The notes under the pieces: model-generated
Seen by the model: only the letters and a program-made list of their open reading frames with translations
Database searches by the model: none
Told to the model about the DNA's origin: nothing
Translations under genes and position numbers: made by a program
Assembly: GCA_965222345.1 (NCBI GenBank)
Contig: CBDCTS010000007.1
Coordinates: 191,076-255,075 of the forward strand
Length of the DNA stretch: 64,000 nucleotides
Reading direction: 5' to 3'
Source of the DNA: Terriglobia bacterium
GTDB taxonomy: Bacteria; Acidobacteriota; Terriglobia; 2-12-FULL-54-10
In this document: positions 40,638-51,054 of the stretch, piece by piece
How positions within the stretch are numbered: position 1 is the stretch's first letter
How the letters are laid out: each line of letters opens with the position of its first letter

Positions 40638-42551
40638 CTATTGCGCCGCCGCGTACCGTTCTTCGAATATAAATTCCAGTTGGGGTCCGATGGGGTCCCG
40701 GCCCAGTTCCTGGGCTAACTCACCGCGCAACACCCGAATCTTGCCGCCGACAATCGTCATGAGTGGAGTGGTGTCTTCCAGTTCTTCCACAGGAACGGTG
40801 AAATAGTCGTTACTGAGCACCAGAATATCGGCGAACTTCCCCGGCTCCAGCGTCCCCAGCACGTCTTCCTTGAGAACAAACCGGGCAGGCCAGGAGGTCA
40901 TCATCTTCATCAAGGTGATGCGGTCAACGGCTTCTTCCTCGGCAACAAAATAACCGTACTCATTTTTCCGGGTCAGAAATGGCGCCGCTGAGCCAAAATA
41001 CGAGCGGCTGACATTCCCTCTGACTCCAGCCTCGTTTTCCAAAACTACCATCACCCCGCCCTCGATGGCGCTGCGGACCGGAGCGATCCGGTCGATGTAA
41101 TCCATGGAATATCTCTGCAGATGGGGATAGCTTCGGCTCAGCACATTCGCCCCGCAACTGATAATCATGCCGAACCGGGCCAGGCGGGGAATCTGCGCTT
41201 TGCGCGGATAGAAACCGCAATGATCCGAGGTCAGCCGCCGCGAGCGGATATAGTCCAATGTGATCGCAGGATTGTCACGCATGGCAGACTCCACGGCATC
41301 CAGGAAATAATCCACGCCTTTGTCCGCGTAGGCATGCCCCACGGCCACCCGTTGGTAGTTGGCAATTGCCGTTCGAGTTGCCTCGTAGTAAACAGTACCC
41401 TCGGCATTGTCGCACCACTCCATATCCTTCACTTCCCCGGGGGCCTCCATGGTGGAACACATCCGCGGCGGGCCGGAATCGATGCTGGAGAGTCCCACAG
41501 CGGTTTGCCAGAAATAGTCGCTCCCCATTCCAGCCATGTCGCCCATCCGCCGGTAGAAGTTTTCCGCCTCCCCATAGCCGGCTTGGAAACCAAACCAGTG
41601 CGTGTAGGCAAAACGAATCGGCATGCGATTTTGCCGGACCAGCATGTTAAAGGCGTCGAGGAACCGCAGACCCATGATGTGAGACGAGTAGGCTGTAATT
41701 CCTACGGCGGCGTTTTTCAGCAAGCCTTGCTCCACCAAGTCAGCCAGTTCCGGCACCCGCGTATGGAAATACATATCGATGATCAACGCCCGCCTGTACT
41801 GCGCCGCCGTGCTGCGGACTCTTCCGGACTCATCGAGCCCGGCCGCTCTGGGGTCGAATTTGGAGCCGTAGAGCCTTTCCATGCCCCGCGTGGCATCAGT
41901 GTTCATCACATAGGAAGGATGCGAATAAAGCATGATCGGGTGATTCGGGGCCAGCGTGTCCAGCATCTCCATAGTGAATTTTTTTCCAGCCAGATACGCC
42001 ACGCCCGGCGACAATCCCGAGCCGCCTCCTCCGGTGGTGCTGACGGTTATAAAGGCCCACCGACCCGGGGCCGCACTATTGACATGTTGCTGGACCGCCA
42101 GCCGGACCGCTTGCTCCATCTCCTCGTCCGTATTGCCGGACACACTGACCGACTCCGCCAGCTCCGTCAGCACCTGCGGATTCTGACTGACCCAGTAGTT
42201 CAGCTCGTTGTTGTGGATATGCGTGTGGGCGTCGACGATGCCGGGCATCACCATCCTGCCTTTCACGTCGATCCGGCTGGTTTCCGGGCCGGCCAGGCTC
42301 AAAATCCGGTCATTGCTTCCGACCGCCTGGATTTTGCCGTCCCGGATCGCCACCGCCTCCGCCGTCGTTCCCCGCGATGTGTTCAGGCCGAAGGAGGTGT
42401 CATCCATCGTCACAACCTTGCCGTTGTGGAGAACCATATCGGGGTAGGCCGCAATCTCTTGCGGGACGGTAACCGTGTTCTGCGCACTTGCTACCGCGCA
42501 GAAAAGAAAAAAACTAATACAGAAAACCAAGCTGTTACTTATTCTACTCAT
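40638..42551 (-). CDS. secreted metal-dependent amidohydrolase (Amidohydro_3 family), paralogue 2
   Basis: About 70% identical to paralogue 3 by eye; signal peptide; DAHTHIHN motif; start set at MSRISNSLVF. Confidence 0.8.
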   Translation of the reverse strand: MSRISNSLVFCISFFLFCAVASAQNTVTVPQEIAAYPDMVLHNGKVVTMDDTSFGLNTSRGTTAEAVAIRDGKIQAVGSNDRILSLAGPETSRIDVKGRMVMPGIVDAHTHIHNNELNYWVSQNPQVLTELAESVSVSGNTDEEMEQAVRLAVQQHVNSAAPGRWAFITVSTTGGGGSGLSPGVAYLAGKKFTMEMLDTLAPNHPIMLYSHPSYVMNTDATRGMERLYGSKFDPRAAGLDESGRVRSTAAQYRRALIIDMYFHTRVPELADLVEQGLLKNAAVGITAYSSHIMGLRFLDAFNMLVRQNRMPIRFAYTHWFGFQAGYGEAENFYRRMGDMAGMGSDYFWQTAVGLSSIDSGPPRMCSTMEAPGEVKDMEWCDNAEGTVYYEATRTAIANYQRVAVGHAYADKGVDYFLDAVESAMRDNPAITLDYIRSRRLTSDHCGFYPRKAQIPRLARFGMIISCGANVLSRSYPHLQRYSMDYIDRIAPVRSAIEGGVMVVLENEAGVRGNVSRSYFGSAAPFLTRKNEYGYFVAEEEAVDRITLMKMMTSWPARFVLKEDVLGTLEPGKFADILVLSNDYFTVPVEELEDTTPLMTIVGGKIRVLRGELAQELGRDPIGPQLEFIFEERYAAAQ

Positions 42552-42697
42552 TGGAGCTGACCTCCTTAGTTTTGCTAATGTCGCTAGTTTGAAGCGGCTG
42601 GTTTGGCCGCGAAAACGCAGGCCGTCATCCATTCGCTTGCCGCATCTTTATAAATTTCCGCACCTTGCACCTAACGGACCGGCCGGACTCGGACAAG

Positions 42698-44626
42698 TTA
42701 CATGGCCGGCGGCCGCTCCGGAGGGGAATAAAGAGGATCGTTCCGGAACTCGATCTGCGGCCCGACGGGATCACGGCCCAGTTCCTGAGCCAACTCGTTG
42801 CGCAACACGACGATCTTCCCTCCAACAACCGTCATGAGCGGGATCGTGTTCGGCATCTCCTCTATCGGTATGGTGAAATAGTCCTTGCTGAGCACCAGGA
42901 AGTCCGCGAACTTGCCCGGTTCGAGCGTTCCCAGCACATCCTCCTTCAGGACGAAGAGCGCTGCCCAGGAGGTCATCATTTTCATCAGGGTGATGCGGTC
43001 AATGGCCTCCTCCGGCGCAACCAGCGCTCCCTGCTCGTTTCTTCGGGTCAGCAGCGTGGAGGCATCCCGGAAATAGCTGGCGGCTGTATTGCCGCGACGG
43101 ACGGTGCTGCCTCCCTCGTCCTCGAGCACCACCCGCACTCCGGCCTCGATGGCGCTGCGGACCGGAGAGATACGGTTGGCGTATTCCGGGGAATATCTTT
43201 GCAGCCAGGGATAGCTTCGGCTGAGCATATTCCCCCCGCAGGCGATTGTGATGCCGAGCCGTTTCATGCGGGGAAGCTGCTCTTTGCGCGGATAAAAACC
43301 GCAGTGGTCGGTGGTGATGCGCCGGGAACGGATATATTCCAACGTGATGGCCGGATTGTCGCGCATCGCCTCCTCAATGGCGTCCATTACGTAATCGAAC
43401 GACTTATCGCCATAAGCATGTCCCACCTGAACTCGCTGATAGTTGGCGATCGCCGTTTTCGTGGCCTCATAGGTGAGCGTGCCCGCAAAATTCTGGCAGA
43501 ACTCCTTTTCCTTTACGGCACGCGGCGCCTCCATGGTGGAACAAATCCGGGGCGGGCCGGAATCCACGCTTCCCAGCCCCACGGCAGTTTGCCAGAGATA
43601 GTCGTTCCCCATCCCGGCCATGTCGCCCATTCTCCGGTAGAAATTTCCCGCTTCCTGGTAGCCCGCCTGGAAACCAAACCAGTGGGTGTAAGCGAAACGG
43701 AGCGGCATGCGCTTTTGCCGGGCCAGCATGTTGAAAGCGTCCAGAAATCGCAGCCCCATGATGTGAGAGTTATAGGTGGTAATTCCTACGGCGGCGCTTT
43801 TCGCCAGGCCTTCCTCCACAATCTCGGCAAGCTGACCGACCCGGGTATGAAAATACTGATCGATAATCAATTCCCGGTTGTATTGAGCAGCCGTATTGTG
43901 GGCGTTGCCGTGCTCATCGACCGCTTCGGCGGAGAGCTGGGAACCGTAGAGGTTCTCCATGGCGGCGACGGCTGCCGAGTTCATTACGTAGGCGGGGTGG
44001 GAGTGCAACAAAACCGGATGATTCGGGGCTATTTGGTCCAACCGCTGCCTGGGAAACTTCCGCTCCTGCAGAAACGCCACCCCCGGCGCCATTCCCGAGG
44101 GACCCCCTCTGCTTCCCACGGCAACAAAAGCCCACAGACCGGGCTGCGCTTCCTCTACATGCTGCTCGACCGACAGCGCGACCCCCTGCTCCAACTCCGA
44201 GTCTCTCGTGCCCGCAATCACATAGGCCTTGGACACGGCCTCCAGCACCTCCGGATTCTGGCTGAGCCAGTAGTTCAAGGAGGTGTTGTGGATGTGCGTG
44301 TGGGCGTCGATGATGCCAGGCATCACCGTCCTGCCGTTCACGTCGATCCTCTCCGTTTCGGGACCTGCCATGCGCAGGATTCGGGCATTGCTCCCGACCG
44401 CCTGAATCTTGCCGTTCCGGATCGCCATCGCCTCTGCCGTTGTTCCCTGCGACGTGTTCAGTCCGAAAGAGACGTCATCCATCGTGGCGATCTTGCCGTT
44501 GTGTATGATACGGTCCGGGTAGGCGGCAATCTCCTCCGGGACGGTAACCATATCCTGCGCGCTCATCGTCCCGCATAGCAACAACAGGCTGACGGCCTCC
44601 AACACCACTCCCCGTAATTGTTTCAT
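42698..44626 (-). CDS. secreted metal-dependent amidohydrolase (Amidohydro_3 family), paralogue 3
   Basis: Signal peptide; DAHTHIHN motif; long collinear identity with paralogue 2 (e.g. RFLDAFNML.RQ.RMP.RFAYTHWFGFQAGY). Confidence 0.8.
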   Translation of the reverse strand: MKQLRGVVLEAVSLLLLCGTMSAQDMVTVPEEIAAYPDRIIHNGKIATMDDVSFGLNTSQGTTAEAMAIRNGKIQAVGSNARILRMAGPETERIDVNGRTVMPGIIDAHTHIHNTSLNYWLSQNPEVLEAVSKAYVIAGTRDSELEQGVALSVEQHVEEAQPGLWAFVAVGSRGGPSGMAPGVAFLQERKFPRQRLDQIAPNHPVLLHSHPAYVMNSAAVAAMENLYGSQLSAEAVDEHGNAHNTAAQYNRELIIDQYFHTRVGQLAEIVEEGLAKSAAVGITTYNSHIMGLRFLDAFNMLARQKRMPLRFAYTHWFGFQAGYQEAGNFYRRMGDMAGMGNDYLWQTAVGLGSVDSGPPRICSTMEAPRAVKEKEFCQNFAGTLTYEATKTAIANYQRVQVGHAYGDKSFDYVMDAIEEAMRDNPAITLEYIRSRRITTDHCGFYPRKEQLPRMKRLGITIACGGNMLSRSYPWLQRYSPEYANRISPVRSAIEAGVRVVLEDEGGSTVRRGNTAASYFRDASTLLTRRNEQGALVAPEEAIDRITLMKMMTSWAALFVLKEDVLGTLEPGKFADFLVLSKDYFTIPIEEMPNTIPLMTVVGGKIVVLRNELAQELGRDPVGPQIEFRNDPLYSPPERPPAM

Positions 44627-44841
44627 ATGACACCGGTCTCCTTGAGATTTCCCGAAGCCGACTGCTTAGCCCTCTCAAAAGGGATAATACCAGAATCGCG
44701 CACTTTTGCCAGTCAATGAAAATCCAGCCGCCTGGCTGCACGCATTCAGGATGAGAATGCAGCCCAACGCGGCCAAAGTCGAAATACCTCAAAAAGAAAA
44801 AGGCGACGGGCAATATCGTCACCCTGCCGCAAGAATCCCGT

Positions 44842-46755
44842 CTACCGCTGCGAAGTCCGCCTCGAGGTCAGTTCTTCGTAGGTGGCAATCACGGCTCCGC
44901 TGGGCTGTAAGCTATATTCCCCGGCAAACTGCGGATGGACGAAAATGACTTTCCCGTCGAACACGGTCATCTGAGGCTGCATCTCGCTCAACTCTTCGGC
45001 GGGAATCGTCATGTAGTCGCGGTCCAGCACCACCAGGTCGGCCAGCTTGCCCGCTTCAATCGATCCCAGCTTGTCCGGCTTGAGCACATACTCGGCAGCC
45101 CATAGGGTGATCATCTGCAAGGCGGTGGTTCGGTCCACGCGTTCCTGTTCGCCCCATACCTTCCCGTCACGCGCTACCCTCGTCATCAACAACTCCAGCT
45201 CGTGCCACACGTTCATGTCACGGTCCGCCTCATACACCACCTTGACGCCCGCATCCAACATGCTCTTCACCGGAACAACGAAATTGTTCGCCACTTCATC
45301 ATTGAAGGCTCTGGCTATGTCCGGAGAACCCTCAATATACTTTGGCGCGCAACTGAACATCACGCCCAGCCGGGCTGCCCTCGGGAAATCCACAGGGTCT
45401 ACATACCGGCAGTGATCAAAGGCCCATCCCTGGGTCGCCGAAGGTCCCAATTGCTGTTGTATCTCTTCAATCATATCCAGCAGGTTCCCCACCGAGCGAT
45501 CCCCGGCCACATGGGTATTGGCAAATCGGATTCCGTTGCGAGCGGTGGCGAACACCCAATCCCGAAAGTAGTTGTCCTGCACCGGACCCGCCCTCCCGCT
45601 TGCGCCCCGAAATTCGTCGTCGGTATGGCACTGCCCCGTTGGCCACCAGTTGTCGATGGCTTCCATGGCGCCGAGTTGTTTTTTCTGATTGGAGCAGGCC
45701 CGGGTCCCCCCGCCATCCACTGCGGTGGGGGCCATTGAGGTGATCCATAGCTTGTCATCGCCGCTCCCGGTCTGATTGGCGAAGGGTTTCAGACCATTTT
45801 CCAGATCCGTGATGGCGCCAAAATAATCTTGCATTCCGCCCGCCAGCCGGATCGTCAGCTCCCCTCGCAACTCCAGCAGCTTGTACGCTTCCTCGCTGTA
45901 GCGAGGCAGCCGCGTGGATACCGTGGTGAGCCCGGTGGCCGCCAGCTCTTCCAGATACTTCTTGTAAACAGGCGCGACATCCTCCGGAGCCGGGTCCGGT
46001 AAATACTGCAACAGCAGCCGGCTCGCGGGCGGTTCCAGGTGGCCATCCGGCCTGCCGGCCTCGTCAATCCAGAAACGCCCGTACCTCCGGACGAAATCAC
46101 CATACTTCCCCATGATAATTTCCATGGCCTTGCCATTCAGCAAAAAGCCGTTGAAGTCCGGGATTCCGAGAGAGAGAACTATGGGATTGTCGGGGGTTAC
46201 CTTATCCAGCTCCCATTGGTTCAACTCGTCATAGAGAATTTTCACCTGCTCGACCGAGCCGCCCCTCCGGAACTGCAGCTGGTTTTCAAAGTAAATCCAT
46301 TCGCCGGGTCTGAATTGATACCTCTCCATCAGCCCCTGAATCTGGTCCAGCACGTCTTCTTTGCTTCCTACGCCCCGCCAATCCACCGGATACTGACGCA
46401 TTCTCTCCGGCCCTAACTCCCCGCCATAAACGCTCTCCGTATAGTTGTGGAGATGCAGATGCGTGTCGATCAAGCCGGGGATGACCGTTTTTCCCTTCAG
46501 GTCGATCACCAGCGATTCCGGCCCGGCCAGGCGCAGGATGTCGGGGTCTGCTCCCACCGCCGTAAATTCTTGACCGCTGATGGCGACCGCTTCGGCAGTG
46601 GAAAAGTTGCTGTCGACGGTAAGGATTTTTCCATTATGCAAAACAATATCTGCTCCTCCTGCACCTCCTTGTCCCATGAGCCAGGAGGCAGAAAGGACGG
46701 TCCAGAAGATTAGTTGTAGCGTACAGACGGAAACTTTCCCGAATAGCAGTTGCAT
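44842..46755 (-). CDS. secreted metal-dependent amidohydrolase (Amidohydro_3 family), divergent paralogue 4
   Basis: Signal peptide, DTHLHLHN metal motif and similar length; more diverged from paralogues 1-3. Confidence 0.75.
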   Translation of the reverse strand: MQLLFGKVSVCTLQLIFWTVLSASWLMGQGGAGGADIVLHNGKILTVDSNFSTAEAVAISGQEFTAVGADPDILRLAGPESLVIDLKGKTVIPGLIDTHLHLHNYTESVYGGELGPERMRQYPVDWRGVGSKEDVLDQIQGLMERYQFRPGEWIYFENQLQFRRGGSVEQVKILYDELNQWELDKVTPDNPIVLSLGIPDFNGFLLNGKAMEIIMGKYGDFVRRYGRFWIDEAGRPDGHLEPPASRLLLQYLPDPAPEDVAPVYKKYLEELAATGLTTVSTRLPRYSEEAYKLLELRGELTIRLAGGMQDYFGAITDLENGLKPFANQTGSGDDKLWITSMAPTAVDGGGTRACSNQKKQLGAMEAIDNWWPTGQCHTDDEFRGASGRAGPVQDNYFRDWVFATARNGIRFANTHVAGDRSVGNLLDMIEEIQQQLGPSATQGWAFDHCRYVDPVDFPRAARLGVMFSCAPKYIEGSPDIARAFNDEVANNFVVPVKSMLDAGVKVVYEADRDMNVWHELELLMTRVARDGKVWGEQERVDRTTALQMITLWAAEYVLKPDKLGSIEAGKLADLVVLDRDYMTIPAEELSEMQPQMTVFDGKVIFVHPQFAGEYSLQPSGAVIATYEELTSRRTSQR

Positions 46756-47224
46756 CAAAGCACCTCCAGCCATGACGTGTTCATAGGGTGATCCACCCCT
46801 TCATGGACTTCTGTTAGCCTGATGATTTACTTTGCATGGTTTTGTCCGCCAGCGACAAATAGTATCTCTGAGTTCCCAAGACTCAAAAACATATTCCCGC
46901 TCTGAGGTTCCTTCAAAAGCTTTCCAGGAACCAGCATGTCAGAATAGCATCCAGAAACTGGTAAGAGATTATCACGCTTTCTTTCCCAAAGGAAACAGCC
47001 GACCGTATTCTCTTATTCCCTGTAGAAATCCAACACGCCATCAAACAACCCTCAACCTGCCACAAATTGCTTTACCCTTCCCCCTCGTGTAAGCTTCCCC
47101 CATATTTGCAATCCGGCGGGGCACTGACCACCGCCGGGAGGGAAAACCAACGCCGCGTCCAAGTTCCCTTCCGTATCTTTTCGACCGCGAAGGGTCAACC
47201 ACGCAGGGTCAATGAGGAGGAGCC

Positions 47225-48649
47225 ATGCGGAAACATCTTTGGGGAGTCGCAGGCATACTGGCGTGCTGGGTCCTGGCTCAGCCACAGCCCGTCGCCGGTC
47301 AGGAATCGAATTTCCGGCAGAACGCCTGGGCGCGGATCGCGGAAAGCGATGCCGCTCAAGTGGAGGCGCTGGCCGGAGATTATAAGGACTTCTTGCACCG
47401 TGCCCGTCACGAACTACTGGTGGTGGCGGAGGCCGAACGGCTGGCGCAAGCGCAGGGCTTTCGCCCGATTGAATCCGTGGATCAACTCAACCCGGGCGAC
47501 AGGGTTTACGCGGTGAACCGAGGGCGGGCAATGATTCTTGCGGTGGTGGGGAAAACACCACTTACGGAGGGGTCTGTCCTGATTGCTTCCCACATCGACA
47601 CACCACGTATCGAGCTGAAAGCGAATCCGCTGTATGAAAGCGAGGGGTTTGCGATGTTCCAAACCACCTACCACGGCGGCATCAAAAGCTACCAGTGGGC
47701 GAGCGTACCGCTGGCGATGGTGGGGCGGATCAATAAGAAAGACGGCAGCGAGGTCAACATAGCCATGGGGCTGGACGGCGAGCCCTATCTGGTGATCCCC
47801 GATCTAGCGCCGCACGTAGACCGGGATTTCCGGGAGCGGAGCCAGCGCGAGGTTCTGAAAGCGGAGGAACTCGACCCCGTAGTGGGCAGCCGCCCGGACG
47901 CCAATGGTTCGGTGACCGGGACGGTGGAGGCCGTGCTGAAACAGAAGTATGGGCTGACGATGGAAGATTTCGTCAGCGCGCAACTGGCGCTGGTGCCCGC
48001 GCTGCCAACGGCGGACGTTGGCCTGGACGCCAGCATGATTGGAGCCTACGGCCACGACGATCTGCTCTGCTCCTTTGTGTCGCTCCGGGCGCTGTTTGAC
48101 GTGCCCGCCCCGGCGCAGACGGCGATGGTCTATCTGGCGGCGAATGAAGAGGTGGGCAGCCACAACGTGATGGGGGCACAGTCGCCTTTTCTGGCCGATA
48201 CGGTCTTGACGCTCCTCGAGAAGCAATCGGGGCGCGAGGCCGGGCTGCGGGCTCACCGGCAAGCGCTGTCCGCCATCCACGCCATCTCCGCCGACGTGAC
48301 CACGGGAGTCCATCCAACGTTTGCCAGCGTACAGGAAAAGACGAACGCGGCGCGGCTGGGCGGCGGCGTGGTGATCAAGCGCTATGGGCGCGGGACTGAA
48401 CCTACTACGGAAATGCTGGCGCAGGTGCGCCGGTTGCTGGACGACAACGATATTCCCTGGCAGACACATACTCACAAGGTCGGCACCGGCGGCGGCAGCA
48501 CGCTGGGCCGCTACCTGAGCGACGATGGGATGGATACAGTGGATATCGGGGTGGCAATCCTGGCCATGCACGCCACCTGGGGGCTGGCATCGAAGGTTGA
48601 CCTGTGGTCGCTCTACCGGTATTTCCTGGCAAGTTATGCGGCAGAATAG
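47225..48649 (+). CDS. M18-family aminopeptidase (aspartyl aminopeptidase-like) with signal peptide
   Basis: M18/M42 aminopeptidase motifs (SHIDTPR, a later region containing GHDD, and EEVGS). N-terminal cleavable signal (MRKHLWGVAGILACWVLAQPQPVAGQ). Confidence 0.8.
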   Translation: MRKHLWGVAGILACWVLAQPQPVAGQESNFRQNAWARIAESDAAQVEALAGDYKDFLHRARHELLVVAEAERLAQAQGFRPIESVDQLNPGDRVYAVNRGRAMILAVVGKTPLTEGSVLIASHIDTPRIELKANPLYESEGFAMFQTTYHGGIKSYQWASVPLAMVGRINKKDGSEVNIAMGLDGEPYLVIPDLAPHVDRDFRERSQREVLKAEELDPVVGSRPDANGSVTGTVEAVLKQKYGLTMEDFVSAQLALVPALPTADVGLDASMIGAYGHDDLLCSFVSLRALFDVPAPAQTAMVYLAANEEVGSHNVMGAQSPFLADTVLTLLEKQSGREAGLRAHRQALSAIHAISADVTTGVHPTFASVQEKTNAARLGGGVVIKRYGRGTEPTTEMLAQVRRLLDDNDIPWQTHTHKVGTGGGSTLGRYLSDDGMDTVDIGVAILAMHATWGLASKVDLWSLYRYFLASYAAE

Positions 48650-48899
48650 CTGATATGCCGAACCGAAGACCGAGGCATGGGATCTTCCCCGAGCAAGGGG
48701 AAAGGCCAGAAGATAATCCCCCGGCAGGCGATGCCCAGGCTCCGGCGGCCACATGGCCAGCTAGAAACCGGTGCTACGAACCGATCAGGGCGAGAGTGAT
48801 TATTGGAAAATCCAGACAGAGTCTATAGAATGAGGCAGGAGCCGGCTGATGCTGGCCGGTCAGCCGTGAGAACACTTCACCCAGGGGGAATTCCCTGAA

Positions 48900-50069
48900 T
48901 TGGAACCAAAGATTGGAACCGAAATGAAGATGATTCGCCACGCCGTTGCACATCCGATCGGAAAGAATCTGAACACACTGCATTCTTCAGCGCATACCAC
49001 ATCCCCACATTCATCAGTCCGCTGCAAGCGCCGCTTCCAGGGGGGTCTGCGGAGTGCAGCCAGGGCTGGTTTATTGCTATCGCTCTGCGGATGGTTGCTC
49101 ATGGGAGGCTGGCCGAAAGCGGCGGCCCAGACAGCAGAACAAAAGCCCGTGGCGGTGATAGGAGAGACGACCCTCTACGAAAAGGATTTCCTGCCGCAGA
49201 TACAGGGCGAGGTTTACAAGATTCGCAGGCAGGAGTATGAATTCAAACGCAAAGCTCTGGAAGAGGTAATCAATCAACGACTGTTGCGGGCAGAGGCCCA
49301 AAAACAGGGCATGACTGCGGAGGATTTGCTCCACCAGGAAGTGGATTCCAAAGTGCCGGAACCGACCAACGCCGAAGTCGAGCAAACATACGTGAATCAG
49401 ATGATGCAAATCAATCGCCCCATCAACATGGTGATAGATCAGATTCGCGATCAACTGAAGCAAGCCAACCTACAGCAAGCTCGTGATGCGTATTTCGGAA
49501 GTTTGCGAACGCGGGCAGGGGTGAAAATCTATCTGCTGCCGCCGAGAATGGAGGTGGCCTATGATCCGTCGCGAGTCCGTGGAAGCTCGGATGCCAGTAT
49601 CACCATTGTGGAGTTCTCCGACTTCCAATGCCCCTTCTGCCTGCAAGCCTATACGATGATCAAGGGGCTCCTCGCAAAGTACGACGGGAAGGTAAAGCTG
49701 GCGTACCGCGACCTGCCTCTGCAGCCGATTCAGCCGGGCACGCACGGATCAGCAGAAGCATCCCGGTGCGCCGGCGAGCAAGGGAAGTTCTGGGAGTATC
49801 ACGACCTGCTCTTTGAAAACCAGGATTATTTCGGAAATGATGCCTTCCAAGAATACGCCGAATCCTTGCAGCTCGACACGGAGCAGTTTACCACCTGCCT
49901 GGAGAGCGATAAGTTCCAGCCCCAAATCCAGGAAGATTTTCAGGAAGCAGTGCGGCTGGGGATCAAAGGGACTCCATTTTTCTTTATCAACGGAGTTCCT
50001 GTGAACGGGGCTCAACCGACGCCGGTATTTGAAGAAATCATCGAGGTGGAACTGGCCACGATCCAATAG
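48900..50069 (+). CDS. DsbA-family thiol:disulfide oxidoreductase with N-terminal SurA-like helical domain
   Basis: CPFC active site (FSDFQCPFC) in a thioredoxin fold; hydrophobic export segment; the exact start is uncertain. Confidence 0.65.
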   Translation: MEPKIGTEMKMIRHAVAHPIGKNLNTLHSSAHTTSPHSSVRCKRRFQGGLRSAARAGLLLSLCGWLLMGGWPKAAAQTAEQKPVAVIGETTLYEKDFLPQIQGEVYKIRRQEYEFKRKALEEVINQRLLRAEAQKQGMTAEDLLHQEVDSKVPEPTNAEVEQTYVNQMMQINRPINMVIDQIRDQLKQANLQQARDAYFGSLRTRAGVKIYLLPPRMEVAYDPSRVRGSSDASITIVEFSDFQCPFCLQAYTMIKGLLAKYDGKVKLAYRDLPLQPIQPGTHGSAEASRCAGEQGKFWEYHDLLFENQDYFGNDAFQEYAESLQLDTEQFTTCLESDKFQPQIQEDFQEAVRLGIKGTPFFFINGVPVNGAQPTPVFEEIIEVELATIQ

Positions 50070-50587
50070 CATGGCGTGCCGGCGATTTCCGCAAATGCCT
50101 AAGCGAACGCCCAAAACTTCTTTGGTCATTTGCCTTCGATGCAGACCGGGCGGCTGGCGTATGCTTTCGGCAAAGGGAAGCTCAGACCGGAATTTGTGGA
50201 GAAATCGAATACCCGGTGAATAGCGTCACCCGTTAACCAGCATTGATAAACGAAAAGCGGCTTATGGGAAGCAACCCAGGACTTGCTGCCTCGACCGCAC
50301 TCGGCGCTCGGTGATATGCCGAGTAGGTTTCCTGTCTCCAATTGCTTTGCAAACTCACCTCGTGTAATCTGACGCCTATACCTTCAATCAGGCAGGCGCT
50401 AACCAGAATGGCCTATCCCAGATGCCGCATCTCCTATTCCAGGAAAGCATCATGAGATATGAAGTATTCATCCCTATCTTTTCTCCTTGCCCTCGCCTCC
50501 GGGAGTGGATAAACTTTGCCATATCGAATCCCGTCTCTGCGGGCGAGGTAAGTTCGCGCAGGGCATCTGTACATTCAGGAGCCAGCC

Positions 50588-51052
50588 ATGATTTCACTGA
50601 ACGTCAATGGAAAGCAACACGAAGTGGATGTCAGCCCGGATACCCCTTTGCTGTGGGTCATCCGGGAGACGCTGGGAATGACCGGAACGAAGTTCGGCTG
50701 CGGCATAGCGCAGTGCGGCGCCTGCACCGTGCATCTGGAAGGCACCCCGGTCCGCTCTTGCAGCACTTTGGTCTCGGCGGCTGCCGGGAAGAAGATTACG
50801 ACCATCGAAGGCCTCTCGGCCGATTCCACGCACGCCCTGCAGCGGGCTTGGATCGCCGAGCAGGTGCCGCAGTGCGGCTATTGCCAGTCTGGACAGATCA
50901 TGTCGGCGGCTTTCTTGCTGGCCAGCAACCCCAACCCCACCGACGAGCACATCAACAACGCCATGTCAGGCAATATCTGCCGGTGTGGAACCTACCAGCG
51001 CATCCGCCGCGCCATTCACCGCGCGGCGCAGACGATCCGAGCGGAGGCGTAA
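50588..51052 (+). CDS. (2Fe-2S)-binding small subunit of a molybdenum hydroxylase (IorA/CoxS-like)
   Basis: Two [2Fe-2S] cysteine clusters ([11 protein letters not shown] and [11 protein letters not shown]...CRCGTYQRI); 154 aa. Confidence 0.85.
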   Translation: MISLNVNGKQHEVDVSPDTPLLWVIRETLGMTGTKFGCGIAQCGACTVHLEGTPVRSCSTLVSAAAGKKITTIEGLSADSTHALQRAWIAEQVPQCGYCQSGQIMSAAFLLASNPNPTDEHINNAMSGNICRCGTYQRIRRAIHRAAQTIRAEA

Positions 51053-51054
51053 CA

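Noticed and set aside
39630-44578. Long plus-strand ORFs (362, 479 and 637 aa) across the amidohydrolase array
   Set aside because: All lie antisense to the minus-strand amidohydrolase genes, which carry recognisable signal peptides, metal motifs and mutual paralogy. The plus frames are His/Arg/Gly-rich with no motifs.
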